Positions 47,120 to 61,289 of a stretch of 64,000 nucleotides of DNA are shown here, piece by piece. The first letter of the stretch is position 1. Every line of letters begins with the position of its first letter. The notes beneath the pieces are model-generated. The model saw only the letters and a list, made by a program, of their open reading frames with translations. It did not search any database and was not told the DNA's origin. The DNA is from Octopus sinensis (taxonomy: Eukaryota). Location of the stretch: NCBI RefSeq assembly GCF_006345805.1, contig NC_042998.1:54498001-54562000 (forward strand). The letters are read 5' to 3'. Both the position numbers and the translations under genes were made by a program.

Positions 47120-50100
47120 GATTTACCTGGATCTGTATTCTACTTACATTTACTGGTGTCAAATTGTTGACCATTTTCAATCAAATTCTTTTAATACCGA
47201 GTGCTTTATTGATTTTTTTTTAATGATATATATAAGCATTCGTACATCTTTTATATATCAATCAGTGTAAAAGACCTGTCTAACTGGGAATACAACCACG
47301 GATTTACTATACAGAATGGTGAGGAACTATAATTTCAGATCCTACCACAAGTATATGTGGAGTTCTTTACTAATCTAAAAAATTCTGTTAGAATCATGTA
47401 TTTGTACTAACAGAAAGTTTACAAAGTATTTTGCTTGGATTGATAATCCCTCATTAATGATCTTTTACCTTATATTTGTTTCAGTCATTGGACAGCAGTC
47501 ATGCTGAGGGACCACCTTGCAGAATTTTAGGTGAACAAATCAACCACAGTACTAATTCTAATCCTGGTACTTATTCTATCGGTCTCTTTTGCTGAAGCAG
47601 TAACTTATGGGGACATTAGCACACCATCACCAGTTGTCAAGCAGTCGAAGAGGAAGGGAGACAAGCTCAGACAGACACACACACACAAGCTTCTTTCAGT
47701 TTCTGTCTACCAAATCCCATCACAAAGCTTTAATTGGCTTGGAGCTGTAGCAGAAGACACTCACTCAAGGAACCTTGTATGTATGTATGTATGTAGGTAG
47801 GTAGGTAGGTATACATACACACATACAGTAGCGGAAGCACCACTGCTGCAGCCACCATTGCCATCACCGTTTTATCTATTTTCCATGGTGGTATGGAATT
47901 ACTTATTCAAATTAATTCTTATATGAAATTATAGCCCTCCCAGACGGGCAGAAAGAATGCATCCTGCCAAGATATTTCATTTTTAGCATAGTTTCTATAT
48001 CTAGAAATATATGGGTGGTGCATAGAAGAATTGGTTGAATGTCACAAAATACCTAATGGAATTTGGTTAAGTTTCATTCCATTCCATTCCATTCTGTGTT
48101 CACGTACCACCTAGCTTGATTCTGCCTTTCATCTTTCTAAGATCAATAAAGTAAACACCAATTTCAAGATTTTAGGGATTGCATATGGATATGTAAGATA
48201 GCAGATATTTCTGTTTTCTTATCTTATTATCGATGTATATGCCAATTTTGAGGATAAAACTGAAGGCAAACTATATCTGTGATAACTATTACTGTCTAAT
48301 TGGTAACGTTTGTAAAGCAAGATGATGGGAAATATATTTCAGTAGAAAGTTGAGATTACCTTTTGTTCAACAGTACACATTTTATCATGTAACTAATGAT
48401 CTAATCAATCAATATTACAGTCATTGAGCAAGACAGTGAGCTGGCAGTATGGTTAGTATGCCAGGCAAAATGCTCAGAGGCATTTCATCCATCTTTATGT
48501 TTTTAGTTCAAATTCCACCGAGGTAGACTTTGCCTTTCATCCTTTCAGGGTCAATAAAATAAGTACCAGTTGAACACTAGGGTTGATGCAATCAACTTAT
48601 TCCCTCAACTAAAATTGCTGGCCTAATGCAAAAAATTTTACACCAATATTACAGTCTTCGGGCATCTTGCAAAATTATTTCCCTTTATAAACCACACTAA
48701 GAGAAACTCTAAATACCAACCTAAAGCTGAGAGGTCTATATTAAGAAGGATACAAAAAGCAAAGTTTTTAGTTTGGGGTTTATGAAAAGAAACAAAAAAA
48801 AAATGATACAAACATGCTGTAAGATCAATACACTGGTATACTTTTCATTTAATTTAAAACAACTCTTCACTGAGTCAGACAAAATTTTTGAATGCAGGTA
48901 TGGCTGCATGATTATTAGTTTTAAAATCATTTGGTTTCAGGTTCAATCCCACATCATGGTAATTACTGAAGCTCTCAGTTAATGAATTATGTAGCAATTA
49001 ATTTTTAATTATAAGTTTGATATCTTCCTTAATTTTACTGCAATCAATTATAAACCTTAATAAAAAGGAGAGCTTTCAAATTGATTAAACACTGTGCAAT
49101 TAGTCCTTTATTATTAGCTTGGTATTTTCTAAAGTTTGTTTTTTTAAATTTCTAATGGAATTTAATTTTTTTTTCCTGTTTCTAATGAGATTTGATTTTT
49201 ATCACTATATAATTTTGTATAACACAAAAGTTCTCATAGCACCTTTGGTGAGTGGCTTTTACTGTAGCTTCCTGTTGACTAGTCATCTGAGTGAAACTAC
49301 ATAGATGGAAACAGCAACAGTCCACCGAATGAACTGCATGTAATAAGTCACAATCCCTTCACCCTTTCTCTCTATTAGTATTAAGATCCTGCAATGATTA
49401 GGGACACTACCTTTGCTCTTCTAACAAACCAACAAAAAAAGACTTAGAATACTTAATTACTGCAGATGCTATGAGGGCAAAATTGTCACAATATAGTAGT
49501 TCCCATGGGCTTCCAATCTTATGCCTTTGTTATGGCCTGCAGGAATCTATGAGAGAACAAGAAAAAAAAATTCTAGGTGTGGAAGCAAAACTTGAAATCA
49601 AAAGGTCTTAAAGTTGACCTAGCAAAAACAAAGTAAGCAAGAAATCAGACAAGACTATCAGCTTCAGGTAAATGCCCCTGCTCAATATATAGGAAAGTTG
49701 AAGGCAAAAATTCCATTCAGTGTAGCCATTTAGAAATTCGATTCAGTGAAAGCTACACTGAACACACAAGAGGTGCAGTGAAATAGTAGGAAGGTTAACA
49801 GAGAAATTTGTGTTTGGAAAGTGGTTGGCATAAGGAAGGGCAACCAGCAGTAGAAACCAAGTCAAAAATAGACTGTGGAACCTGGTGTGGCTGCTGGCCT
49901 AACCAGCTCCTGTCAAGCCATCCAACCCATGCCAGCATGGAAAATGGGCATTAAATAATTATCATTATCATTACTTGACTTGACTTGACTCAAGTTTGGT
50001 ATTAATCTGGGGAAGATTTATATAAGTAGTGTTTGACAACCTGTAACCTTAGGTTTTCACATGATTTTATTAAGCCATCAAGTGCTCAAAACTCTGTTGA

Positions 50101-50453
50101 TGATCTTTCTTGTTCCTAAGAGGCAACCTTTCTACAGGACATTCCACTCCAGTCTCCTGTATCCATTTGTTTACGTCATCACTTACAGTTCCTAATGCAC
50201 CAATTATCACAGCTACAAGCTTTACAGATTTCATGTCCCAAGTATTATTAAATCATTAGCACATCAGCTGAAATGTTTAGCGGAATTTCACCCATCTTTA
50301 CATTCTGAATTCAAATTTGGCCATGGTCAGCTTTGCCGTTCATCCTTTTGGGATCAATAAAGTTAATACCAGTTGAATACTGAGATCAATATAATTGACT
50401 CATCCTCTCCCCCAAAACTATTGTCTTGTGGCAAAATTTGAAACCATTATTAC

Positions 50454-50486
<33 letters not shown>

Positions 50487-50942
50487 GAAGGTGACGAGGT
50501 GGCAGAATCATTAGCACACCAGGCAAAATGCGTTTTGAACTCAAATTCCATCAAGGTCAACTTTGCCATTCATTCATTCAGGGTTGATGAATTATGTACC
50601 AGTGAAACACTGGGATCAATGTAATCAACTAGTCCCCTCTCCAAAAGTTTCAGGCCTTGTACCTATAGTAGAAAGGACTATCATTGTTATTATTATTATG
50701 AAGGTGGCGAGCTGGCAGACTTGTTAGCATGGCATGAAAAATGCTTAGCAGCATTTTGTCCATCACTATGTTTCGAGTTAAAATTCTGACGAGGTCAACA
50801 TTGCTTTTCTTTCTTTCAGGGTCAATAAATTAAGTACCAGTGAAACATTGGGGTTGATGTACTTGACTAGTTCCCTCTCCCAAAATTTCAGGAATTATGC
50901 CTTTAGTAGAAAGGATTATTATTATTATTACTATTATTATTA

Positions 50943-50974
<32 letters not shown>

Positions 50975-53582
50975 TGCTGCCTTTTTGTGTTTTACTGTGT
51001 ATACTGTTCATGCACTTTTGGCTTTTGTTACTGTCTTTCTTACTTGGCACATTGCTGCTTTCTGTCTCCTCAATGACCTTTTCCCAACAAGTTCTAGTAA
51101 ACCTAAAGTGTACCTACAACATGCCCATTATTCTAATATTATATTTTTCACCAGAGTTAACATTCTTCTTTTAAAAGCATAGCAAAATATAATAGCTGAG
51201 ACTTTAAAGTACTGACTTCTAGACAGAAGGGTTATGAGGCCATATTCAACTTTTGGTACTGTATAATACTCTAAGTAAGGCTCTGAAGACCCCACTTTCT
51301 CCAGAGAGAAGTATATTTTAAAAAGCAATCTAACACAGAAATGTTGTCTTAAACACAATATAAATTAATGAGAAGTTTTGTACAGTATGATGTTATACAG
51401 TGCAAAAACATCAAATCCAATCAGAAATAGAAAAAAATTAAAGAAAATATCAAGCCAATAATAAAGGACTAATTGCAAGGTTTTAATTATTTTGAGAGCT
51501 TTACTTTTTACTAGGACTTTTAATTAATCACAGAAAAATTCAGGAAAATATCAAGGTTACAATAAAAAATTAATTGCAGCGTAATTCGTTAATTGAGAAC
51601 TTTAGTAATTACCAACAATTATAATTAATCACAATATTGTCCCAATAAATGACAGTCCAATTCACAGAACCAGTAATGATAACAGACATACAAACTGTTC
51701 AGTAATCCTCTAATTGCAGTAACATCTTTTTTTATTTCATTGCTGATGAATTCAACCCTCAAGTGATTTTCTATCAATGATACATTTAACCTTAAAGTTA
51801 ACGGAGCATTTTAATCTTTTTCAAAGTAATTATTCTCCAACTGAGTACAAAGGTAATATAGAGAAATTGGAATAATTCACAATAGAATTTTTGAGCTTGA
51901 AGCATATTTTCTAATGAAATAGACTGTTCTTGTTATTCAGCTATTTTTTGAAAAATAATCAAGACTTTGGAAGGATTCATAAGGATAATGATAATAAAGG
52001 AAATGATAATTAACGCTTTCCTTTATAAGTTGATCGTTGGAACATAACACAAATAAAAAAAGAATATTTTTACAGAAAATTAAGATGGCAGGTTTAACCC
52101 TTTAGCATTTAACTGGCTGTTGAACTGGATTGGATTGAATTGGATTACCCATGTTCAGTCCACTGCAGAACAAAGGTCTCAGCAATCATGGTCGGATGTG
52201 GAGACTATGAATTTGAGCTCATACAGGTTCGATGAGCTTAATCTGCCACAATGATGCAACATGGCTTGGCAGAGGGGTGCAAATTTTATACTCATACCCA
52301 GGAGTAGTTAAGTCAATTACATCAACTCTCTGTGCTCAACTGGTACTTATTTTAACAACCTCAAAAGGATGAAAGGCAAAGTTGACCTCAGCAGAATTTG
52401 AACTCACATAATGACAGACAAAATACCACTAGGCATTTTGCCCAGTGTGCTAATGATTCTGCCAACTTGCCACCAAGCTAGCCATAATCAACCCAAATAT
52501 TCCACTTGTTTTATGTTCAAACCAGCCAAATAACCTCTTGCCCCAACCTTACAATATCATTTTGAAAATAAACAATCATATTATCAAAATCTTGAAACCA
52601 TGAGATAACACAACAAATTCAGAACAATGTGAATAAAGAACTATTACATTTGACAGAGCAGCCTGAATGCCAAAAGGGTTAAGTAAATATATATGAACAC
52701 TTTTAATACAGGTTTCATATTAGTGAACTAGAGGTGAGTAATCTGTGGCTGATTAATTTCAAAAGATTGACATATCCGAGTTTTCATGGCAAAAAGCTAT
52801 GTTATTCTATCTAGAATATAAAAAGAGAGTTAACAGTCTAAAACGTACTAAATTCAGCATATCAGAAGAAGTAGGGTCACATGCAACCAGCAATGGAAGA
52901 CAATTATTAGGACCTTGCTTAATTCCTTTTTGTTGAACATCACCACATTGGGAAAACAATCAATATAATACACTGCTGCCACTGCCATGGGCTGGATGGT
53001 TCAACAGGAGCTGGCAAGCCAGAGAACTGTACCAAGTTCCAATGTCTGTTTTGGCATGGCTTCAACAACTGGATGCCCTTCCTAATACCAACCGCTTTAC
53101 AAAGTGTACAGGGTGAGAAGACAAGATCCCTCAACAAAGGTGGGTGTACTACTGGAGGGAGGTGACTTTATGCACATAAGAGGTTAAAACATGATAGAGT
53201 GAGAGAATCAGATGTTTTGCTGAAGAGGATAAAAAAGACTATTTCATTAGGAACATATAGGTATAGAGATGGCTATAGTTCAGAAGTTTACAACTGCATG
53301 GTTCTAGGTTCAATCCCACTGCACGGCACATTGGGTAAATGTTTTCTACCACAGTCTTGGTTTGATCAATGAAATTTGGTGAATGGAAACTGTCCTGAAA
53401 TTTGTTTTGTGAGTGTGTATGGCAACTCAAATTTTAAGACATATAGCCTGGTGATAAGGGTGTTGGGATCATGGTTCAATTCCTGGGCTAGGTGACATGT
53501 TGTGCCTTTAAGTCAATCACATAATTTCACATTGCTCCAGTCTACCTAGCAGAAAATGAAAACCAGTCAACTTCTGATGCAG

Positions 53583-53656
<74 letters not shown>

Positions 53657-54574
53657 CCCCAACTTGTCACATTGTCAATGTTCTGTTTGTTAAAGGGTAG
53701 GAGGGCCAAAAGTTCTTCCTATGTCTGACTCATGAGGACGCAGCACCAAAAACAATTAGCAAGAGCATGGAGCAAGGTACAGGCCATACTTTTTTGTGAG
53801 AGATAGGCTAAGCAGAACGTGTGTGCATGTTTGTGTGCAAGTGTATGCTTATGTACATAAGTGTTATGCGCATATGCATTTGTGTGCATGTGTTGATATA
53901 TCCATGCTCTGAATAAAACTATCTTGTGGTATTATTCTATCTAACTTGCATCTATTTTATGTCAAGGTAGACTTGGTAAATTAATAGAGATCAATAAAAT
54001 AGGACTCAGAGAAAAAAACGAACTGCTCAATATAATCAATTAAACTCTTTGAAGGCAATGCTCCAGCATGGGCACAGTAAAAAAAAGTGCAAAAATAGTA
54101 AGATATTCAGTCATATGATTTGGGATTTAAAGAAATATTATCATTTTATTTTTAACTTGTTTCAGTCATTAGACTGCAGACATGCTGGGGCACCAACTTG
54201 AAAGGTTTTAAGTCAAACAATTTGACCCCAGTACTTATTTTTTAGTTTGATACTTTATTCTATCTCATTTGCCCAACTGCTAAGTTCACAGGCCAGTAAA
54301 CAAACAAATATCAGTCAAAAAGGCGTGGGAAAACAAATACAAACATACACATATATGTACATGACAAGCTTCCATGCAATTTCCCTCAGCAAAATTTACT
54401 CACAAGGCATAGGTTGGCCTAGGGCTATAGAAGACACTTACCCAAGGTACCGGGCATGGCAACTGAACCTGAAACCATATGACAGCACAGTGAGCTTCTC
54501 AACCACACAGCCATGCCTTGAAAATGCAACCCACCTCAGACTGTCTCAGATTACATGATACAAAAACCACACAC

Positions 54575-55003
54575 AAAGGGGTGCAGAAAAGTTCCTGGCT
54601 TAGAGTAGAAGAAAATACAGGAGGATCAGGTAATTATGATTTTATTCCCCCCTCAGATTCATACATTTATTGTAGCAGCCCTTTTCTAAGCCCCATAAAA
54701 GAACTCGGAAATTGGACCTCCAACCAAGCCTTCCATGATACCCTTAAAGCCAGAAACTTTTGAGCACCTCCCTCATATATATATATTCTCTTTTTACTCT
54801 TTTACTTGTTTCAGTCATGTGACTGTGGCCATGCTAGAGCACTGCTTTCAGTTGAGCAAATCAACCCAGGACTTATTCTTTGTAAGCCTAGTACTTATTC
54901 TATTGGTCTCTTCTGCCAAACCACTAAGTTACAGGGACATAAACACACCAGATGTCAAGTGACGTTGGGGGGGACAAACACAGACACACAAACATATACA
55001 CAC

Positions 55004-55055
<52 letters not shown>

Positions 55056-55483
55056 CATATATACGACGGGCTTCTTTCAGTTTCTGTCTACCAAATTCAC
55101 TCACGAGGCTTTGGTCGGCCTGAGGCTATAGTAGCAGACACTTGCCCAAGGTGCCATGCAGTGGGACTGAACCCAGAACCATGTGGTTCATAAGCAAGCT
55201 ACTTACCACACAGCCACTCCTACACCTACTATATATATATATAAACAAGAGGTTGCTGGAAAGTTCCTGGCTTTGGGTAAAAGAAAATACAGGAGGATCA
55301 GTTGATTATGATTTTATCCAACATATTACCCCTCCCAGATACACACACTTATTGCAGTGATCCTTCAGTTTTTCTAAGCCCTGTAAAAGAACACCCTGGA
55401 ACTTTTCAGCACTCTCTCATATAAATATGAGAGTGTGCTTTTTGCAATACCCTTAAGTCAGGAACTTTTCAGCACCCCTTCAT
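54575..55483. mobile_element. Two ~190-bp mariner-like MITE copies (54575-54775, 55246-55420) plus a fragment (55426-55483), flanking a SINE A
   Basis: TIR-like AGGGGTGC.GAAAAGTTCCTGG ... CCAG(G/A)AACTTTT.AGCAC.CCTCATA and a shared body. Confidence 0.65.
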
Positions 55484-56315
55484 ATTATATTATGTTCATA
55501 TTCAAATTAAAGTTGTCCGTCATAATTTTATGTTAAGAACATTTTTGTTATTTTCCAATACCTGTTAATAAATGAAAAAAAAAAAGTCAGCTGCTTTCCT
55601 AAATCCTTCCAAATTACTATTTTCAATATTAATCAAAGTACACATTCAGAGTGTATTTTATCTGAAATATGGTAAAGAAAGAGTTACAAAAAAAATTATC
55701 TAAACTTTCACTTCAATGGCTGCAGATAAATCAGCGTATTCATCTACAAAACCACTACTTTAAAGAATTCATATAAAATATCCAAATTCTGCAGAATTAT
55801 CTTAATCATGTTTCGTGACAAAAAAAAAAAAAAAAAAAAGAAAAAATCATCATCATCATCATCATCAGTGTCCACTATTCCATGATTGCATGGGTTGGAT
55901 AGAAAATGTTGAGGTGGATTTTCTACAACTTGATGCACTTCCTCTTGGTAATCATCACCTCTTTTCAAGCAAGGTAATATTTCTCGGAGACCAGACATGT
56001 TTTTACAGAAGATTGGATACAAAGGATACCACTTGTATAACAATGACCCTCATTTACAATTATCACATGATGTCAAGACATAGAGACAGTAACACACACA
56101 CCTATCTATCTATATGTACATATATATATATACATACACACATAGGTTACTGTAAGTTTCTGTCAACCAAATCCACTTACAAAGCTTTAGTTGGCCTGGA
56201 GATATAATAGAAGACACTTGCCCAAGGTGCCATGCAGTGGGATTGAACCCAGAACCATGTGGTTGGTAAGCAAGCTACTTACCACACAGCCACTCCTGTG
56301 CCTAACAGACGTTAG

Positions 56316-56749
56316 CTATTTAGCATTCAGGTTACTCTGTCAAATGCAATTGCTTATTTATCCACATCGTTTTGAATTATTAGGCATTATCTTTTTGCTT
56401 ACAGATTTCAATGATGTGATTATTTAACATTGTAAGGTAGGTGATAGGCAGAATCTGGCTGGCTTGAACATAAAACAGGTAGAATATTTGGGCTTTATAT
56501 GGCTGGTTTAAACCCTTTAGCATTCACATTATTCTGTCAAAAGTAATGCTTAGTTCTTCACATTGTTTTGAATTAATCATGCGTTTCCTTGTAGCTATGT
56601 GATTTTGATGATGTGATTGTTAATCTTTCGAGAATGACATTGTAGGGCAGGTGTGAGAAACCACATCTGGCCAGTTTGAACATAAAACAAGAAGGATATT
56701 TTGGCCGGATATGGCCAGCTTAAATGCTAAAGAGTTAAATACTAAACAG
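56316..56749. mobile_element. Nested P2 MITEs: inner copy 56513-56734 inserted at the internal TTAA of the outer copy
   Basis: ...GGCTGGT-TTAA(a)-CCCTTTAGCATT...AATGCTAAAGAG-TTAA-ATACTAAACAG-TTAA; the last 11 bp are the displaced TIR of the outer copy. Confidence 0.8.
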
Positions 56750-59107
56750 TTAAATCAATATCTTTAGCAGTTTTTGTGGGTTTCTAGATGAATCTATTTC
56801 ATTTTTTTTTAATTTGCTACATTGATGGAATATTGTTATTTTTGTTTTGATTCTGCCTTTTTTTTGCATCCTTTAACATGCCTAAACTAGAAGAGTTACT
56901 TGTTATATTTTATTTATAGTATAAGAAATCAATCTTTGGCCTGAAAAAACCTGATTAAACAAATTGAAAGAGGTTGAAAAAAAATCATAATGTATTTAGA
57001 TTTATAAAGCAGTATAGCACTTTACCGAAATCAATAAATATTGATACCATTTGAGAAAGCTAGCAATAACTTTTGACAAGGTTTGAGGTCAATATTTTAG
57101 ATTAGAATAATATTTGCTTGTATATTCATTTTTAGATTAGTTTTTCCACGGTAGCATGGGTTAGACAAGTATATTATTGAAGCATTGTTTAACAGCCAAA
57201 TGCCCTTCCTGTTGCTAACCCTTACCTGTCTTTTTCTCTAGTAAGGGAACTCTTATTCCACACAGCTTTGAAAGCACAATGCTAATGGATGATTTGTCAA
57301 CAGGGGAAATGACGACAACCATAACCGTTTGTAGAACACTGATATTTTTTGAAGAAATATCAACACTCACAAAATTTGAGCGCGCGCATGCGTGCATGTG
57401 TGTAAAGTTTCTTTCCTAAGGCTATGAAAAATATACACTTTCTCAAGGTGGTGTGCAATAGGACTGAACTCAAAGTTATGTGTTCAGCAGGTATATTTCT
57501 AAACTACATCACCATGCCTGCACCTACGTAGCAAACTGAGCTGATAAACAGAGGAAAAAAAAAAACAGACAAGAGAAAAGGCCATGGTTGGAACTTCTTA
57601 AATCATACATCTATTTAAAAAGGGCTGACCTGAAGTAAACAGTTGTTGCTGCTGCTACTACTACTATGTTCAAACTGGCCACCACCACCACCACCACTGC
57701 CAGTACTATTATTACTATTACTACTGTTGCTGCTGCTACAACTACGACCACTGCTATTACTAGATCTTGTCTGCAGATACTTTTCGCAAAGTGCATTTTG
57801 CTGCAAGTCTTTAGACCAGAGCCCCTAGTACCCACCCACTGAATTTTTCTTGCAAATATTCAGGCCAGACGTCAACACATGAATTTCACTAGTCTGGGAA
57901 GCTCTGCAAAATGACATGAGCATTGCATCTCCTTTCCTGACTAACTTTAGATAAAAACAAACAAAAAAATTTTTCTTCCTTCAAACTATTTAATAATGAA
58001 ATTGGAATGGAAATTATTTCCAATCAAACAATATAAGACGAACAAGGTGCCTTGCTCAAGAGCACAGCTGTTGTACAATTTGAGCTGTGCTCAAGGTGCA
58101 GAACCAAGAACTCTAACCTTCTTGCTATCATACCTTATCATCATCATCATCACTAGTTAACATCTGTTTTCTATGCTGGCATGGGTTGGAAGGTTTGATC
58201 AGAGCTGGTAAAGCCAGGGGCTGCACCAGACTCCATTATCTACTTTGGCATGATTTCTATGGCTGGATGCCCTTCCTAATGCCAACCACATTACAGTGTG
58301 CACTGGGCGCTTTTTATGTGGCACCAGCACCAGTGCTTTTAACATGGCACCAACAAAATAATATTCCTCTACAAAGTTGAGGATAAAACTCTTGAGCAAC
58401 CACTTTTAATAGTATTCTCTGAATCATTGTAAATCTAACATCACTTCCCATTGTCCTTATATAAATGCAGAGTAGCCATGTTTCTTCTCTAAAGTAAGAC
58501 ACCTCTTCTTCTCTTGGAATAATATCACCTCTTTACCCTCTCAAGTCCTTCCCATTGGGTCAAAGCATGCTTTTCCATTTCCTCGTTTTCTTTCTCTTTT
58601 CCTATCTTGCAAGCTACTTGGCAAACCCACTAGTGCTGGTGGCAAAGAAAACAGCACCCAGTGAAGACTATGAAGCAGTTGGCATCAGGGAGGGCATCCA
58701 GCTGTAGAAACCATGTCCAAGCTGACATGGAGCATGATGCAGCTCTGTGGGACACCAGATCCTATGAAACCATCAACACATGCCAATATAGACAAACAGG
58801 CATTAAATGATGATGATGATGCCCATTTCATGCAGAACATAACACATAAACAGGGACCAATCGGTCGCCAGTGCTATTTTCTATTTTATGACATTAGACA
58901 AATTAATTTACAGGTACAGGCATGGCAGTGTAGTAAGAAGTTTGCTTTCCAACAACATGGTTCTAGGTTCAGTCCAGCTGTATGTCACCTTGGGCAAGTG
59001 TCTTCTGGTTCAGTCCCACTGCATGGTGCTTTGTGCAAGAGTCTTCTATGCTAGCCCCAAGTCAACCAATGCTGCGAAAGTGAATTAGGTAGGTAGAAAT
59101 TGTGAGT

Positions 59108-59417
59108 GGAGGCGCAATGGCCAAGTGGTTAGGGCAGCGGACTCGCGGTCATAGGATCGCGGTTTCGATTCCCATACCGGGCATTGTGAGTGTTTATTGA
59201 GCGAAAACATCTAAAGCTCCACAAGGCTCTGGCAGGGGGTTGTGGCGATCCCTGCTGTACTCTTTCACCGCAACTTTCTCTCACTCTTTCTTCTGTTGGC
59301 CTGCTCGCTTAGCCAGAGGGGTGGCGTCATTTGAAGGCTAAAACAATGCGAAGCGCATTGTGACCAGCGATGTGTAGCAACATCTGATAGCCTGGTCAGT
59401 CACAGTGATCACAGTGA
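59108..59417 (+). mobile_element. Young full-length tRNA-derived SINE (family D)
   Basis: GC/CpG-rich head GGAGGCGCAATGGCCAAGTGGTTAGGGCAGCGGACTC...GGTTTCGATTCCC, body, and (CACAGTGAT)x2 tail; decayed relatives at about 9840-10190, 22090-22170 and 42340-42500. Confidence 0.8.
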
Positions 59418-60115
59418 TATATATATATAAAGATATACAGATAAATAGATAGATGTGTTTCTGTGTCTTTATGTCCCCCCCACCCCAACACCACTTGCCA
59501 ACCAGTGTTGGTTTGTTTACATTTGCGTAATTTGGCAGTTCAACAAAAGAGACCAATGAAATTAGTGTCAGGCTTAAGATTAAGTACTAAGGTCAATTTG
59601 TTTGACTAAACCCCTAAGGTTGGTGCCTCAGCATAGCTACAGTTCAATGAATGAAATATATAAAACAAAATGATAAATTGTAAAAATAAGTACAACAAAA
59701 ACAAAAAAAATATGTATTAAACAGCATACTTCTTTCCAGTAGTTCTGGTTGCATCAGATACTGCATCAAGGTTGGCTGTGTTTCGATGAGTTCGGGGTGA
59801 CACTGGTATACCTTAAACGATAAAATATTACCAAATTCAATCAAAAATTTTAAAAACAACAACAATAATAATAATAATTATGATTTCAAATTTTTGCCAT
59901 AAGGGCAGCTTGTGGGAGGAGAGTAAGTTGATTACATCGACCCCAATGCTTCACTGGTACTTAATTTATCAACCCCGAAAGGATGAAAGGTGAGGTTGAC
60001 CTCAGCGGAATTTGAACTTGGAGATTAGCAACGGGCGAAAAACCGCTAAGTATTTTGTCCACTATGCTAACAATTCTGCAAGATCACCACCATAATAATA
60101 ATAATAATAATAATA

Positions 60116-60480
60116 AGGAAGGAAGGTGAAAAATAGACATATACAATCCTCTTAAGTACCAGATACCCTGACTATGAAAAACGAAAAAGAGGAAGATAAA
60201 GCCAATTACTGTTGGGTTCTTGGGAACAGTATCAGAAGGCATCAAGAGGAATATAAAGGAAAATGGAATAGAGTGCTCAGTAGGGCTGTTACAAAAGAAT
60301 TGTCTCCTTGGTATGGCCAGAATCATCAATATTACATAGTTGAAAAAACAGGTAGTGTGGCACCATAGTCGGCAGGCAGCAAGGCTGCTACACATGCAAG
60401 ACTCCAGGAGTTCCAACAAAACTCATAAAAAAAAAAACACAACAACAACAGCAACAACAATAACAACAACAACAACAATA
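60116..60480 (+). mobile_element. 3' end of an R4/Dong-like RLE retrotransposon within (AAT)n/(AAC)n
   Basis: KIDIYNPLKY...KPITVGFLGTVSEGIKRNIKENGIECSVGLLQKNCLLGMARII (RLE C-terminus); (AAT)n on the 5' side and an (AAC/AAT)n tail. Confidence 0.65.
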
Positions 60481-61289
60481 AGAGCACACAGAGAGCACAA
60501 ACAACAGCCAAGAGCACTCAGAGAGCGCAAGCCTCCGATGTCCTCTCAATGATTAGCCAGAGATAATTTTTAAAATGAGAATATCTGAAATAAACTCGAC
60601 TGCTCTCACAAATGAGAATACTAAAAATGAGCCCAACTGCTCTTTCTATTACTTAAAACTATGAAATATCACTGTCTGCGATTCAAAGACTTCAGATGTT
60701 TTTAGAGAATTATCTATGTTTGTTAAAACTTTGAGATGTTTATAGATATTTATATCTTAACTACAATGTGATGTTCCATAGATAGATTCCTTAATTGCAA
60801 ATGCAATGTGATGTTTTATAGATAGATTACTATAGTTTTGCTAAAACTTTGAGATGATGTTCATAGATTTCTAAATCTTAGCTATGCTATGCCAAACTCA
60901 TCGATGCTCTGCTATGCCAAACTCATCGATGCTCTGCTCAAAAATCCCCTCCCACCCCCACCCTACTGCCAAACATGTCAACTACCAGTCCAATGAAACA
61001 GCCTGTATTAGTAGACACAACACCCTTGCTCTCCTATTTAGTGCCACATTAACATCAGTAGCTAAACCAACAGCTGTAAATCTGCCATCATTTGTTGACT
61101 AAAGAAATCAAGGGAGATAATATTAGGACCTCTAGGCCTTATAGTAATAATATAAGCATAGTAATAATAGTGAAACTATAGTAGTGAACAAATAAAAAGG
61201 TAGGGGTTATAGTAGTAATAATGAAATTATAATAGTGAAGAAGTAAATAACCTAGAACAATTAACATCATCGATAACTAAACTGACAAC

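Noticed and set aside
59108-59180. Possible tRNA gene
   Set aside because: A/B boxes are present, but the sequence runs straight into a repeated SINE body and I could not form a full cloverleaf or acceptor stem.
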